Below are positions 37,515 to 47,173 of a DNA stretch of 64,000 bases, in pieces (within the stretch, counting starts at the first letter, position 1; every line of letters starts with the position of its first letter). The position numbers and the translations under genes were made by a program. A model generated the notes under the pieces. That model was not told where the DNA came from and ran no database searches. It worked only from the letters and a program-made list of their open reading frames with translations. The DNA comes from an uncultured delta proteobacterium. Lineage in GTDB: Bacteria; Desulfobacterota; Binatia; UBA9968. The stretch lies in NCBI GenBank assembly GCA_963727625.1, contig CAVSHR010000004.1, positions 928,001 through 992,000 on the forward strand, in the 5' to 3' direction.

Positions 37515-39548
37515 CCCAACTTTCTCAACTCGGATCGGAATGAAGTTTTTTAGCGGGTATGAAGGCGAAAAAGCTTCGTGATTTCAAGGGGTGAGAGTTT
37601 CAAAGCGGCTGTAGTGTAGACCAAGTATCTTTTCAAGGGAAAGTTTTTGCGTACAATCAGACACCAAGATGTATTTACGCTGCAATCGGAGATTGAAGGA
37701 CGGCAAAGAGCATTGCTATTGGAACATCGTCGAGAGTAAACGCTGCGCTGGGGGCAAGGTGGTGCAGCGCCAAGTGTTGTATCTGGGCGAGCTCAACGAC
37801 AGCCAGCACCAATCGTGGTACCGGGTGATTGAAGCCTTCGATGAGCAAAGCCAACAGCGCACGCAGCTGGCGTTATTCCCGGCGGAAAAGGAGTTGCCCG
37901 CGCACGCCGAGGGTTACGCAGTGCAGGTGCGTCTTGAGGCGATGGAGCTTAATCGGCCGCGCCAGTTTGGCGCGTGCTGGTTGGCTTGTCATCTCTACGA
38001 GCAGTTGGGCCTGGAGCAGTTCTGGAAGGATCGTTTGCCCGATAGTCGTGAGGGCACTTGTTGGCAGCATGTTGTTCAGACGTTGGTGTGTTACGGGCTG
38101 ATTGATCCGGGCAGCGAGTGGCGATTGCACCGGCTGTGGTATGAGCAGAGCGCGATGGGCGATCTGTTGGGCGAGGACTTTGCGCTGGTGGAGAAAAATG
38201 CCCTATATCGCTGTCTGGACAAAGTGATCGAGCATAAGCAAGCCCTGTTTAGTCATCTCACCGAGCGCTGGCAGGATCTGTTTGGCGCCAAGTTCGATGT
38301 GCTGCTCTACGATCTGACCAGCACCTATTTTGAGTCCAGCCGACCCGATGACGAGAACGACAAGCGGCGCTACGGCTACAGCCGCGACAAGCGTTCGGAC
38401 TGCGTCCAAGTGGTCATCGCATTGGTGGTGACACCGGACGGTTTTCCGTTGGCCTACGAAGTGCTGGCGGGCAACACCTCGGAGCGGACCACGCTTAAGG
38501 ATTTTTTAACCAAGATTGAAACTCAGTACGGCAAAGCCCAACGCATCTGGGTGATGGATCGCGGTGTTCCCACCGAGAAAATCCTCACCGAGATGCGCCA
38601 GAGCGATCCGCCGGTGTATTATCTGGTGGGCACGCCCAAAGCGAGACTGAGTAAATTGGAACAAGAGCTAGTTGCGCTGCCCTGGCAAGCGGTGCGGTGC
38701 GGTGTCGAAGTGAAACTGTTAGCCCAGGAGCAAGAACTCTACGTGTTGGCCAAGAGTATCGATCGAGTCAACAAAGAACGCTCGATGCGCCAAAGGCAGC
38801 TCAGAGCGCTGTTCAAGCGGCTCAAAGAACTGCATGGGATGAAATTTAACAAAAGCCAAGCCTTGCTGCTCAAACTGGGAGCGGCCAAGGGAAAATATCG
38901 GGCGGCCTGGCGGCTGATTGACATCGTCCTACCTGAAGCCAAAAAACGCGCGGGCAAAATCGCTTTCTCGTTCCGGCTCAATCGGCAAAAGCTGAGAGAA
39001 GTACGCCGGCGCGAGGGCCGCTATCTATTACGGACCAATCTGACGGGCCGAGAGCCGGCGCAACTCTGGCAGTTCTACATCCAACTGGTCGAGATCGAAG
39101 CGACCTTCAAAAACTTAAAAGACGATCTGCAATTGCGGCCGATTTACCACCAGCTTCAACACCGCATCGAAGCGCATATCTTTGTCGCCTTTATGGCCTA
39201 CTGCCTCAACGTTACGCTCAAGGCGCGCCTGCGGCCTGTGGCCGCTGGGCTGACCCCGCGCGCGGTGCTCGATAAGTTTGCCACCATGCAAATGTTGGAC
39301 GTGAAGTTTCCCACCACTGACGGGCGCATGTTGATCCTTAGCCGTTACACTGAGCCTGACACCGATCACAAACTTTTCTTAGAACAGCTCAAGCTCAGGT
39401 TACCGCCCCAGCCGCCACCACGAATCACCGCCCGTGGCCAACGCGTACACTGACGACAGCAAGCCCGATGTAGTGGAGACCTTTTGACTGTGCAGGTTGA
39501 TTTTGTTGGCTTTTTAGATCGACTACCCTTCCAGTTGGGAAGGTTGGG
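37515..39548 (+). mobile_element. IS1634-family insertion sequence
   Basis: TIRs cccaactttctcaact / agttgggaaggttggg; CTAG duplicated at 37511-14 and 39549-52. Confidence 0.9.
37669..39453 (+). CDS. IS1634 transposase
   Basis: LYDLTSTYFE, GYSRDKRSD, VMDRG, IEA.FKNLK, LRPIYH. Confidence 0.93.
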   Translation: MYLRCNRRLKDGKEHCYWNIVESKRCAGGKVVQRQVLYLGELNDSQHQSWYRVIEAFDEQSQQRTQLALFPAEKELPAHAEGYAVQVRLEAMELNRPRQFGACWLACHLYEQLGLEQFWKDRLPDSREGTCWQHVVQTLVCYGLIDPGSEWRLHRLWYEQSAMGDLLGEDFALVEKNALYRCLDKVIEHKQALFSHLTERWQDLFGAKFDVLLYDLTSTYFESSRPDDENDKRRYGYSRDKRSDCVQVVIALVVTPDGFPLAYEVLAGNTSERTTLKDFLTKIETQYGKAQRIWVMDRGVPTEKILTEMRQSDPPVYYLVGTPKARLSKLEQELVALPWQAVRCGVEVKLLAQEQELYVLAKSIDRVNKERSMRQRQLRALFKRLKELHGMKFNKSQALLLKLGAAKGKYRAAWRLIDIVLPEAKKRAGKIAFSFRLNRQKLREVRRREGRYLLRTNLTGREPAQLWQFYIQLVEIEATFKNLKDDLQLRPIYHQLQHRIEAHIFVAFMAYCLNVTLKARLRPVAAGLTPRAVLDKFATMQMLDVKFPTTDGRMLILSRYTEPDTDHKLFLEQLKLRLPPQPPPRITARGQRVH

Positions 39549-39596
39549 CTAGCCAACGCCAATCAGTGCGGCTGAGCGTGACCCCTTGCGCAATGG

Positions 39597-40391
39597 ATGG
39601 CTCTGCACGCCAAGGATGCAATGAAAATAACGCATGCGCCCAGAGCCGAGCGGCCTTCCCTGGAGGGCTTGGTCGAAACCGGCTGGCTCAACCTGGAAAG
39701 CCTTCACCCCGGCGGCTTGGAGTTAACGCGAGAGCTTGCCGAGCTGTGCAGCATCAAAGAAAGTGCTCTAGTGCTGGATGTTGCTTCCGGGACGGGCGAG
39801 ACGGCTTGCTTCCTCACCGAGCGATTAGCTGCCCGTGTCCATGGAATTGATCGCTCCGCCGAGATGATTCGCCGAGCAACGGCGAAGGCGCGGGCAAAAG
39901 GGCTGAAGGTGGCGTTCACGAAGGCCGATGCCGCCAAGCTGCCGTTCGAAGATGCCGAGTTCGACACCGTTATCTGCGAATGCACGCTGTGTTTCTTGGA
40001 CAAAGAGCGCGTGCTCGCTGAGATGGTGCGGGTAGTTCGTCCCGGGGGATGCGTTGGCATACACGATCTGTGCTGGAAAGAGGACACGCCCGAGAGTGTA
40101 AAACGCACCCTCGCAGTGCTGGAACGGGAGAGCCCGGAAACCCTTGAACGGTGGCGGCGGCTGTTTGATCATGCCGGTTTGGTTCGGATCAAGGCCGTTG
40201 ACAAATCCGAACTCATGGCCCGCTGGATGCAGGAATCGAGGAAACAGCTCGGACTGACCGGGCAGCTATCGCTCGCCCTCAAGATCATCCGGCGTTGGGG
40301 AATCCGCGGTGCATGGCAAGTTTTTCAATCCGTGCGGCTGTTTTTGAGCGAGTTCCTCGGCTATGGTATCGTCGTCGGGACCAAGCCTTGA
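39597..40391 (+). CDS. class I SAM methyltransferase
   Basis: LHPGG, VLDVASGTG, LPF.D..FD, RPGG. Confidence 0.88.
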   Translation: MALHAKDAMKITHAPRAERPSLEGLVETGWLNLESLHPGGLELTRELAELCSIKESALVLDVASGTGETACFLTERLAARVHGIDRSAEMIRRATAKARAKGLKVAFTKADAAKLPFEDAEFDTVICECTLCFLDKERVLAEMVRVVRPGGCVGIHDLCWKEDTPESVKRTLAVLERESPETLERWRRLFDHAGLVRIKAVDKSELMARWMQESRKQLGLTGQLSLALKIIRRWGIRGAWQVFQSVRLFLSEFLGYGIVVGTKP

Positions 40392-40473
40392 AGTTCTGGT
40401 TCAGGTGTTCCCTCGCCGTAGCCGAAAGAGTTCCGATTTTCAAAAGCGATCTATGTTTACGGAGGCAAACCGT

Positions 40474-40914
40474 ATGGGTACGATAAGTGAAGTATGGCCG
40501 AATGGCATTCCATCGATTGGTCAAACGGCACAGCGATCAAGACTCGTCACGGCTCGCGACATCGAATTATTCACAGAGATGAGTGGCGACCGAAATCCCC
40601 TGCATTATGATGAAGCCGCGGCCCGAAAAACCCGCTTTGGAGGCATCGTAGTGCAGGGCGGCATTACCAGCGCCATTCTCAATGCGGTGGTCGCGGAAGA
40701 CCTTCCCGGTCCCGGCACGGTCTTTCTGCAGGTCAACTGGTCCTTCAAAGCCCCGGTTCGGCCTGGCGACACCATCACCGGCGACGTCAAGGTCGCCAAC
40801 GTTCGTGAGGACAAACCGATCACGGAGCTAGAGACGCGGGTTATTCTTGCCAATGGCTCCGTCGTCCTCGACGGCACCGCCGTCTGCTACACGATGCCAC
40901 TTTTACACAAATAG
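40474..40914 (+). CDS. MaoC/PhaJ family dehydratase
   Basis: SGD.NPLH.D, LPGPG, F.APV..GD. Confidence 0.9.
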   Translation: MGTISEVWPNGIPSIGQTAQRSRLVTARDIELFTEMSGDRNPLHYDEAAARKTRFGGIVVQGGITSAILNAVVAEDLPGPGTVFLQVNWSFKAPVRPGDTITGDVKVANVREDKPITELETRVILANGSVVLDGTAVCYTMPLLHK

Positions 40915-41102
40915 TCCTTTTAATAAACTTGCGTTATCGCCGAGGAAATCTGATGATTCACGATCCGACCAACGTTAGCGATATTCAGCTTATTCTAAGT
41001 AGCGCCGCGCTTTGACGCTGTGAGCATTGTTGCTGTGACGACAGAAACGGCAAAAAGAACAGTTCCGAAGCTTCGCTCGTGAGAAGGACCATCGGAGATC
41101 GT

Positions 41103-41584
41103 ATGAAAGTGGAGGCACGACTGAAAAAACTCGACCATGTTCTACCCAAACCGTTAGCGCCACCGCCTGGGGTGGAAATTTCGTTCGCTTGGGGGCGCCG
41201 GTTCGAGAATCGCATTTATATCTCAGGGCACGGACCTCAGAATGCCGACGGATCGCTAGCCGGTCCCTTCGGCAAGGTCGGCGCTGCCATCTCTCCCGAG
41301 CAGGCGGCGATCGCCGCGAGGCTCGCCACGCGCTGTCCATGCTTGGCACGTTGAAACGGCTGATTGAAGACCTGGACCGCGTGACGGCATGGTTGACTGT
41401 CTCCGGGATGATCAATGTCGCTCCCGGATTTACCAACACGACAAACGTGATGACTCCCTGTTCGGAACTAAATCTGGAAATCTTCGGCCCGGAAATCGGA
41501 CAACACGCCCGCACCGCCATCGGCATGGCCCAAATGCCGCTCGATCTGCCCGTCGTAATCGCCGCGGAAGTGGCGGTGCGCTAA
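41103..41584 (+). pseudogene. RidA/YjgF (Atu1372-like) family, frameshifted near 41330
   Basis: YISGHGP..DG....GKVG in one frame; GMIN..PGF, FG.E.G.HARTAIG in another. Confidence 0.85.
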
Positions 41585-41608
41585 ATCTAGTTTTTAGTTG
41601 GAGGCTTT

Positions 41609-42019
41609 ATGCGCCTACTATCCGGATTCATCGTTCTCCTTCTTGCAGCCTGCGCCACGACTCCCATAACTGTCAATCAGGCAGTTTCGGTCCCGGATTC
41701 GCGCATCCTGGCGCCGCAGTTGGTGTATCAGACATCGAATACCGGAAGCCTCGTGGTCAAGCGCGACAGCGGACTCATGGGCTCGGCGTGCACGATTCGC
41801 GTCTTCGTCGACGCCGTGCCAGTCGCCGATCTCGAACCGACGGAAAAAGTCGAGCTTTTCGTCGCTTTAGGAGAACACAGCGTGGTTGCAACGTCCAACG
41901 GCATTTGCGGCGGCGGGACATCCGAAGCTGCGGTCGTGATTATGCCGGAGCGTCAACGGATTCTGCGCATCGCCAGCGGCCAAAGCGGAAACATTTTTTT
42001 GCAGCCGAGCGCCTTCTGA
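41609..42019 (+). CDS. putative lipoprotein
   Basis: LAAC lipobox; V.RDSG..GS.C...V.VD. Confidence 0.75.
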   Translation: MRLLSGFIVLLLAACATTPITVNQAVSVPDSRILAPQLVYQTSNTGSLVVKRDSGLMGSACTIRVFVDAVPVADLEPTEKVELFVALGEHSVVATSNGICGGGTSEAAVVIMPERQRILRIASGQSGNIFLQPSAF

Positions 42020-42077
42020 GCCTGCCAGGCATGCGCTCTCACCCATTCGATGAGTACCTAGACCAGCAGGAGTCATG

Positions 42078-43658
42078 CTACCCCGGAGGTACTTTCAATT
42101 CGAACTTTCCATCTTTGTCTTGAATAATTTTCCCGTCCTCGTACAGTCGCGCCACCGCGCTGGCGACGGTTTTATAATCCGACTTGGAAAACTTCTCCAG
42201 GAGATCGGCGAAGAAGCAGTGGGACTTTTCGAGGGCGGCGACGATCTTTTCACCCAATTCGTCCACGCCCTCGGACGGCTTCGCGGCCGCGCTTGATTTC
42301 TTCGTGTCAGCCACCGGGCCGAGATAGGTTTTTAGATCGACCTTGTCTTGATTGAAGTAAACGATGCGTTTGTATCGCTCAGCGGGGATATTCTCCGGGA
42401 TCGTGGCGTCGATGCCCATCTTGGCTGTCGTCGGCACCTTACCGAGGACCGGCAGCGGCAGCGATGGATCGAGCGGCTTGGAGCGGGCGTTTGAGACGAT
42501 GACCACGTCGCGGTCGGCTTGCACCCGCGTCGCCACCGCCCATTCGACATCCACCGAATCGAAGACGTCGATGTCGTCGTCGACGATGGTCACATGCTTG
42601 ATGTCGGCGATGGAGAGCAGCGCCATAATCGCGTTCTTGCCGTCGCCGGGGACTTTTTTGATCGATGCGACGATATGCCAGTGGCAACAGCCGCCCGGGG
42701 TGACGTTCACCGCCACGGTCTGCACGCCGGCCTCGAAGAGCACACGGCGCGCCGCCGCTTCATAGATCGGTGCGCTCATCCAGATATTTTCCCAGGGCAT
42801 CTGCAGCGCGTAGTAGATGGCGTCCTTGCGATGCATGATCGATTTGATACGCACGCGCGGGTTCATGTGCAGGCCGCCCATAAGCCGGTTGAACTCGCAG
42901 AACGGCCCTTCGGAATGGACCCAGCCTTCCGGCAGGATCTCCCCTTCCAAAACGATTTCCGCATCCGCGATACACGGCACCGGCACAGCCTCGCCTTCGG
43001 CGAGGCGCAGCGGCTCGTTGCGCAGGCCGCCGGCGAAGGTCAGCTCGTTGACGCCCAGGTTCGCCTTGAAGGTGGAGGCGACCAGCTCGTAGGGATGCGT
43101 GCCGATGGAGATCGAAATCGGCAGCGGTTTTTTCTTCGCCAGCGCGCGCTCGGCGAAACGGCGCATATTGTTGGGCGTGACGATGTCGATGCCGGTAATA
43201 TTTTTCTCTTTGAGCATGAGCCGGTACATGCCGGCATTGATGCCGAACTCCGGATCCTCGGCGATCACCACCCCACCGGTGATCATCGGCCCTCCGTCCA
43301 TGATCGAAAATACCGGCACCGGCAAATCGTAGAGATTCACGTCTTTGCCGGTGATTTTTACTTCTTTCACCGGCGCGTTGGCGAGGCACTTGGGCTTGAT
43401 CGGCTTGGCCATCGCCTTGCCGAGCTTATCGGCGACGTTTTCGTAAGCGACGCCCATGCCGAGCGCGATCCGATTGCGCGACTGCAACAGCCCCGAAACC
43501 ACCGGCATTGTATATCCGGGCAAATTCTTGAACAGCAGCGCCTTCTCCGACTGAGCCACCAGCGCCGCCACGTCGCGCAGGTCGACGGGCTTGGTGATCT
43601 CCAGTAATTCATCGTTCTTACGCAGTGTGTTGACGTAATCTCTAAAGCTCGCCTTCAT
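42078..43658 (-). CDS. UbiD family (prFMN) decarboxylase with C-terminal extension
   Basis: DGGP.IT, N.GMYR, EIVLEG, EGPF.EF, VDDDID...V.WAVATR, KMGIDAT. Confidence 0.9.
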   Translation of the reverse strand: MKASFRDYVNTLRKNDELLEITKPVDLRDVAALVAQSEKALLFKNLPGYTMPVVSGLLQSRNRIALGMGVAYENVADKLGKAMAKPIKPKCLANAPVKEVKITGKDVNLYDLPVPVFSIMDGGPMITGGVVIAEDPEFGINAGMYRLMLKEKNITGIDIVTPNNMRRFAERALAKKKPLPISISIGTHPYELVASTFKANLGVNELTFAGGLRNEPLRLAEGEAVPVPCIADAEIVLEGEILPEGWVHSEGPFCEFNRLMGGLHMNPRVRIKSIMHRKDAIYYALQMPWENIWMSAPIYEAAARRVLFEAGVQTVAVNVTPGGCCHWHIVASIKKVPGDGKNAIMALLSIADIKHVTIVDDDIDVFDSVDVEWAVATRVQADRDVVIVSNARSKPLDPSLPLPVLGKVPTTAKMGIDATIPENIPAERYKRIVYFNQDKVDLKTYLGPVADTKKSSAAAKPSEGVDELGEKIVAALEKSHCFFADLLEKFSKSDYKTVASAVARLYEDGKIIQDKDGKFELKVPPG

Positions 43659-43795
43659 CAGATCGCTCCAATCAATCCCGGTTATTTTCCGTGGACGCTT
43701 AACACGCCCCCGGGGTTAAGTCCAATTAATGCCTCTCCATGAAATGCTCATATTCAGCCGCTTGCGCATCTCGTGTTCGATAGCGATTCGGAGAT

Positions 43796-43935
43796 CTCAC
43801 CGCGGAGGCGCGGGGAGCACGCCGATAAAAGAGTTTTTTATCGAGCTACTCCGCCTCTGCGAACTCTGCGCCTCAGTGATCAAATAAGGCTTTCTCCTTT
43901 GGCTGCGCTCCGCCGCGCTGGGTCTGTGCAGTGAA
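43796..43935. repeat. degenerate GC-rich palindromic (MITE/REP-like) element
   Basis: tcaccgcggaggcgcgg ... ctctgcgaactctgcgcctc; internal cgataaaa/ttttatcg stem. Confidence 0.45.
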
Positions 43936-44019
43936 GATGATCTCATCAGCGCCTTCGCATTGCGCTCGCCCCTATGTTATAAATCGGCCTGAAAAATTCG
44001 CTCGTTGGAAAGGTATTTT

Positions 44020-45018
44020 ATGGCTTCCTTCGGACTGACTCTGGCAAATCGCGGCGTGATCATCGGCGCGGTGACGGTTCCCGAACTTTTCGACATGGCA
44101 AAACGCGGCGAAGACTCCGGCGCATTCAACGCCGTATGGGTCGGCGACAGCCTGCTCGCCAAGCCGCGTCTGGAATCGATTACTCTGCTGTCCGCCTTGG
44201 CGGCGATCACTAAGAAAGTGAAACTCGCCGTCGGCTGCATGGCGACCTTTCCCCATCGTCACCCGGCGCTGCTGGCGCAGCAGTGGGCGAGCCTGGATGT
44301 CATTTCCGGCGGTCGCTCGTGGCTGGCTGTATGTCTCGGCGGGCCCAATGAGCAGAGTCCGGCGCAGGCGCTCGAGCACAAAGTCATGGGCATCAAAGAT
44401 ACTGAGCGCGTCGGCCGCCTCGAAGAAGGCATCGTTATTTTGAAAAAACTCTTTCACGAAGAAAAAGCCTCGCACCAAGGGAAGTATTATCAATTCGAGG
44501 GCGTGACGATCCAACCGCGCCCGGTGCAAAACCCGCTGCCGATCTGGATCGCCAGCAACCCCACCGGACTCACCTGGAAGGACGGGGCCAGCGCGCCGTC
44601 GCCCGCGGTCGAACGCGGTCTGCGCCGCGTCGCCAAGTACGCCGACGGCTGGATGACCAACAAAGTGACGCCGGAAGAATTCAAGTCGCAATGGACACGC
44701 ATTTTGACGATGGCTAAAGAGGAAGGCCGCGATCCGTCGAAGATCGGCAGCGCCCTTTACCACAACATCAACATCAACGAGAACCGCCAGGCAGCGCTCG
44801 ATGAAAGCAAAGCCTTTCTCGACAAATATTACACGTCGAATTTCAGCATGAAATTCGTCGAAGGTTTCACCACGGCGGGGAGCCCGCAACAATGCATCGA
44901 TGAATTGAAGGCCTACTTCGCCGCCGGCATCGAGCATATCACCCTGCGCATGACCTCCTGGGAGCAGCAGAAACATCTTAAACGATTTCTTGAGGAAGTG
45001 GCGCCTGCGATTAAGTAA
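44020..45018 (+). CDS. LLM-class flavin-dependent oxidoreductase
   Basis: VWVGDSL..KPR, WASLD.IS.GR, PIWIA, YADGW. Confidence 0.9.
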   Translation: MASFGLTLANRGVIIGAVTVPELFDMAKRGEDSGAFNAVWVGDSLLAKPRLESITLLSALAAITKKVKLAVGCMATFPHRHPALLAQQWASLDVISGGRSWLAVCLGGPNEQSPAQALEHKVMGIKDTERVGRLEEGIVILKKLFHEEKASHQGKYYQFEGVTIQPRPVQNPLPIWIASNPTGLTWKDGASAPSPAVERGLRRVAKYADGWMTNKVTPEEFKSQWTRILTMAKEEGRDPSKIGSALYHNININENRQAALDESKAFLDKYYTSNFSMKFVEGFTTAGSPQQCIDELKAYFAAGIEHITLRMTSWEQQKHLKRFLEEVAPAIK

Positions 45019-45047
45019 ACAATCGCAGATTCAAAATCGTTAGAGCG

Positions 45048-45818
45048 ATGATTCAAGGAATAGATCACCTGGTTGTCGTGGTCAAAGATCTCGACCAAGC
45101 CGCTGGAGATTATGAGCAGCTCGGATTCACCGTCGTACCCGGCGGCCGGCACCCGGTCGGCAGCCACAACGTGCTGATTTCTTTTCTGGACGGCTCCTAT
45201 CTTGAGATCATCGCTTTTTATCGCGAGGCTATCGATCACCGCTGGTGGAACCCGCTGAGCAAAGGCGAGCGTTTCGTCGATTTTTGTTTTCAAACCAACG
45301 ATCTGCGCGGCGACACCGAGAAACTTAAAGACGCCGGCGTGGCGATAAACGATCCGGTTCCTTGGTCGAGAAAGCGGCCGGACGGTTACGAGCTGAAATG
45401 GCTCCTTTCTCTGGTCACCGGAAACCACCGCGGCGTCGCGCCGTTTCTCATTGAAGATCTCACCCCGCGCAGCGAGCGGGTTCCGCAGCGGTTCGATCAC
45501 CGGAACGGCATCAACGGCATAGAAAAAGTCACGGTTGCAGTGGCCGAGCTCGGTCCGATTGAAAAATGGTACGGCCTGCTGCTGGGAGCCAAGGGCACTG
45601 CCATCGCCTCCGCTGAGCTTGGCGCCGACGGTGTAAGCTACCCAGTCGGCCCCCACCTTTTTGAATTCCTTGCGCCGCGGGACGCCGCCAGCCCGCTGGT
45701 CAATTGGCTGCGGCAATACGGTCCATCGCCCTACTCGGCCGTTCTCAAGGGCAAGGTTGGAACCCCCGGAGCATTCGATATCACACTGACCCATGGCGCC
45801 AATTTCTTGGCTCATTAG
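45048..45818 (+). CDS. VOC family protein (Glyoxalase_3-like)
   Basis: IDHLVVVV.DL, GG.H..GSHN.LI.F.DGSYLE, R.RPDG..L.W, PFLI. Confidence 0.88.
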   Translation: MIQGIDHLVVVVKDLDQAAGDYEQLGFTVVPGGRHPVGSHNVLISFLDGSYLEIIAFYREAIDHRWWNPLSKGERFVDFCFQTNDLRGDTEKLKDAGVAINDPVPWSRKRPDGYELKWLLSLVTGNHRGVAPFLIEDLTPRSERVPQRFDHRNGINGIEKVTVAVAELGPIEKWYGLLLGAKGTAIASAELGADGVSYPVGPHLFEFLAPRDAASPLVNWLRQYGPSPYSAVLKGKVGTPGAFDITLTHGANFLAH

Positions 45819-45908
45819 CCGATTGCTCCGAGGAGCTTTCACGGCGCAGCAGTTCAGATAAACAAAATGCTTGCGGCAACGTCTAAGCGGTTGGAAGGAG
45901 AAATTCCG

Positions 45909-46241
45909 ATGAAAAGTAAAAATCGGTGTGGAAATTTTTTATCCGGGGCGCTGATTTTAACGCTGATGCTGTCGATTCTCGTCGCACCGGGAGCGGCATG
46001 GAGCGGATTGCGCGACGATATGCGCCAGTTCCACATTTTCTTGCACGAGCATCCCAAGGTATCGGCGGATTTGCGCAACAATCCCAGGCTCGCCAACAAC
46101 AAGAAATACTTGGACAAGCACAACGACCTGGAAAAATTCTTAAAACGCCATCCGGCGGTAAAGCGGGAAATACTCGATCATCCGAGCCGCGCTTTCGGCG
46201 CCTACTACCGCGCCGATGGGCCGGCTTGGTCAAGACGCTAA
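45909..46241 (+). CDS. small exported hypothetical protein with two FL..HP repeats
   Basis: signal peptide; FLHEHP / FLKRHP; GGAG RBS. Confidence 0.6.
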   Translation: MKSKNRCGNFLSGALILTLMLSILVAPGAAWSGLRDDMRQFHIFLHEHPKVSADLRNNPRLANNKKYLDKHNDLEKFLKRHPAVKREILDHPSRAFGAYYRADGPAWSRR

Positions 46242-46264
46242 GTTTTTAATCGAACGGTCATCGC

Positions 46265-46295
46265 AACGGCAGGCACATCGCCTGCCGTTTTTTTT
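46265..46295 (+). terminator. rho-independent terminator
   Basis: aacggcaggc-acatc-gcctgccgtt followed by a T tract. Confidence 0.8.
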
Positions 46296-46400
46296 CTGTG
46301 GATCTTTTCGCAGGCGGATTTGACAGAGCTTCGCGCTCTCCGCTAGTGTCGAAGCACGAAATAGTGAAATTTCTCGCCGGGAATTTTCAGGAGGATCGAG

Positions 46401-47093
46401 ATGAGTTTGCAAGAAACTTTGGCTCTGGCCTGCCGCATACTGGCCATGCAGGGCCACAACGATATGATCTACGGCCATGTCTCGGCGCTTACCGATACAC
46501 CCGGGCAGTACTGGATCAAAGGTTCGGGCATCGGCCTCGAAGAAGCCACGGCCGACGATATGGTGTTGATCGACTTCGACGGCAACACTCTCGCCGGCAA
46601 ACGTAAACGTCACAATGAATTTCCAATTCACAGCGAGGTCTACCGCGCCAATCCCGAGATTCGCTGCGTGATCCACACTCACCCAACCTATTCGACGATC
46701 ATCGCATCATCGGAGCATCGGCTGTTGCCGATCACCAACTTGAGCTGCGCGTTTTATCCGCCGGCGCTGAACAAATTCGAAGAATCTTCCGACTTGATCG
46801 TCACCGCCGAACAAGGCACGGCCGTCGCGAAGCTGTTGGGCGAGCATAAAATCGTATTGCTGCGCAACCACGGCATCGTAGTCGCGGGCCCGTCGATCGA
46901 AGAAGCCTGCATCCGCGGGGTCTTGCTCGAGCATAGCGCCAAGACCCAGGTCACCGCCGCATCGATGGGCGCCTTCTCCTGGGCCACCGACGCCGAGGCG
47001 CTGATCAAGCGCAAGCGGATTTACCGGCCGGACGCGATGATGAATCTGTGGAACTACTATGTGCGCATGTTAGCGAAACACGAGGGCAAATAA
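46401..47093 (+). CDS. class II aldolase/adducin family protein
   Basis: GHVS, E..IH..VY, VIHTH, LRNHG. Confidence 0.9.
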   Translation: MSLQETLALACRILAMQGHNDMIYGHVSALTDTPGQYWIKGSGIGLEEATADDMVLIDFDGNTLAGKRKRHNEFPIHSEVYRANPEIRCVIHTHPTYSTIIASSEHRLLPITNLSCAFYPPALNKFEESSDLIVTAEQGTAVAKLLGEHKIVLLRNHGIVVAGPSIEEACIRGVLLEHSAKTQVTAASMGAFSWATDAEALIKRKRIYRPDAMMNLWNYYVRMLAKHEGK

Positions 47094-47095
47094 CC

Positions 47096-47166
47096 GTTCA
47101 ACCGGCTACTGGCAGCCTCCGTTCAAACCGTTTAAATAGTTTAAGACATCAGAAAACGATTTGAAC
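47096..47166. repeat. degenerate 9-mer (GTTCAAACC/TTGAAC) array between convergent genes
   Basis: ccgttcaacc ... ccgttcaaac cgtttaaata gtttaa ... aacgatttgaac; reverse complement of the 754-789 unit. Confidence 0.5.
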
Positions 47167-47173
47167 ACCGCGC

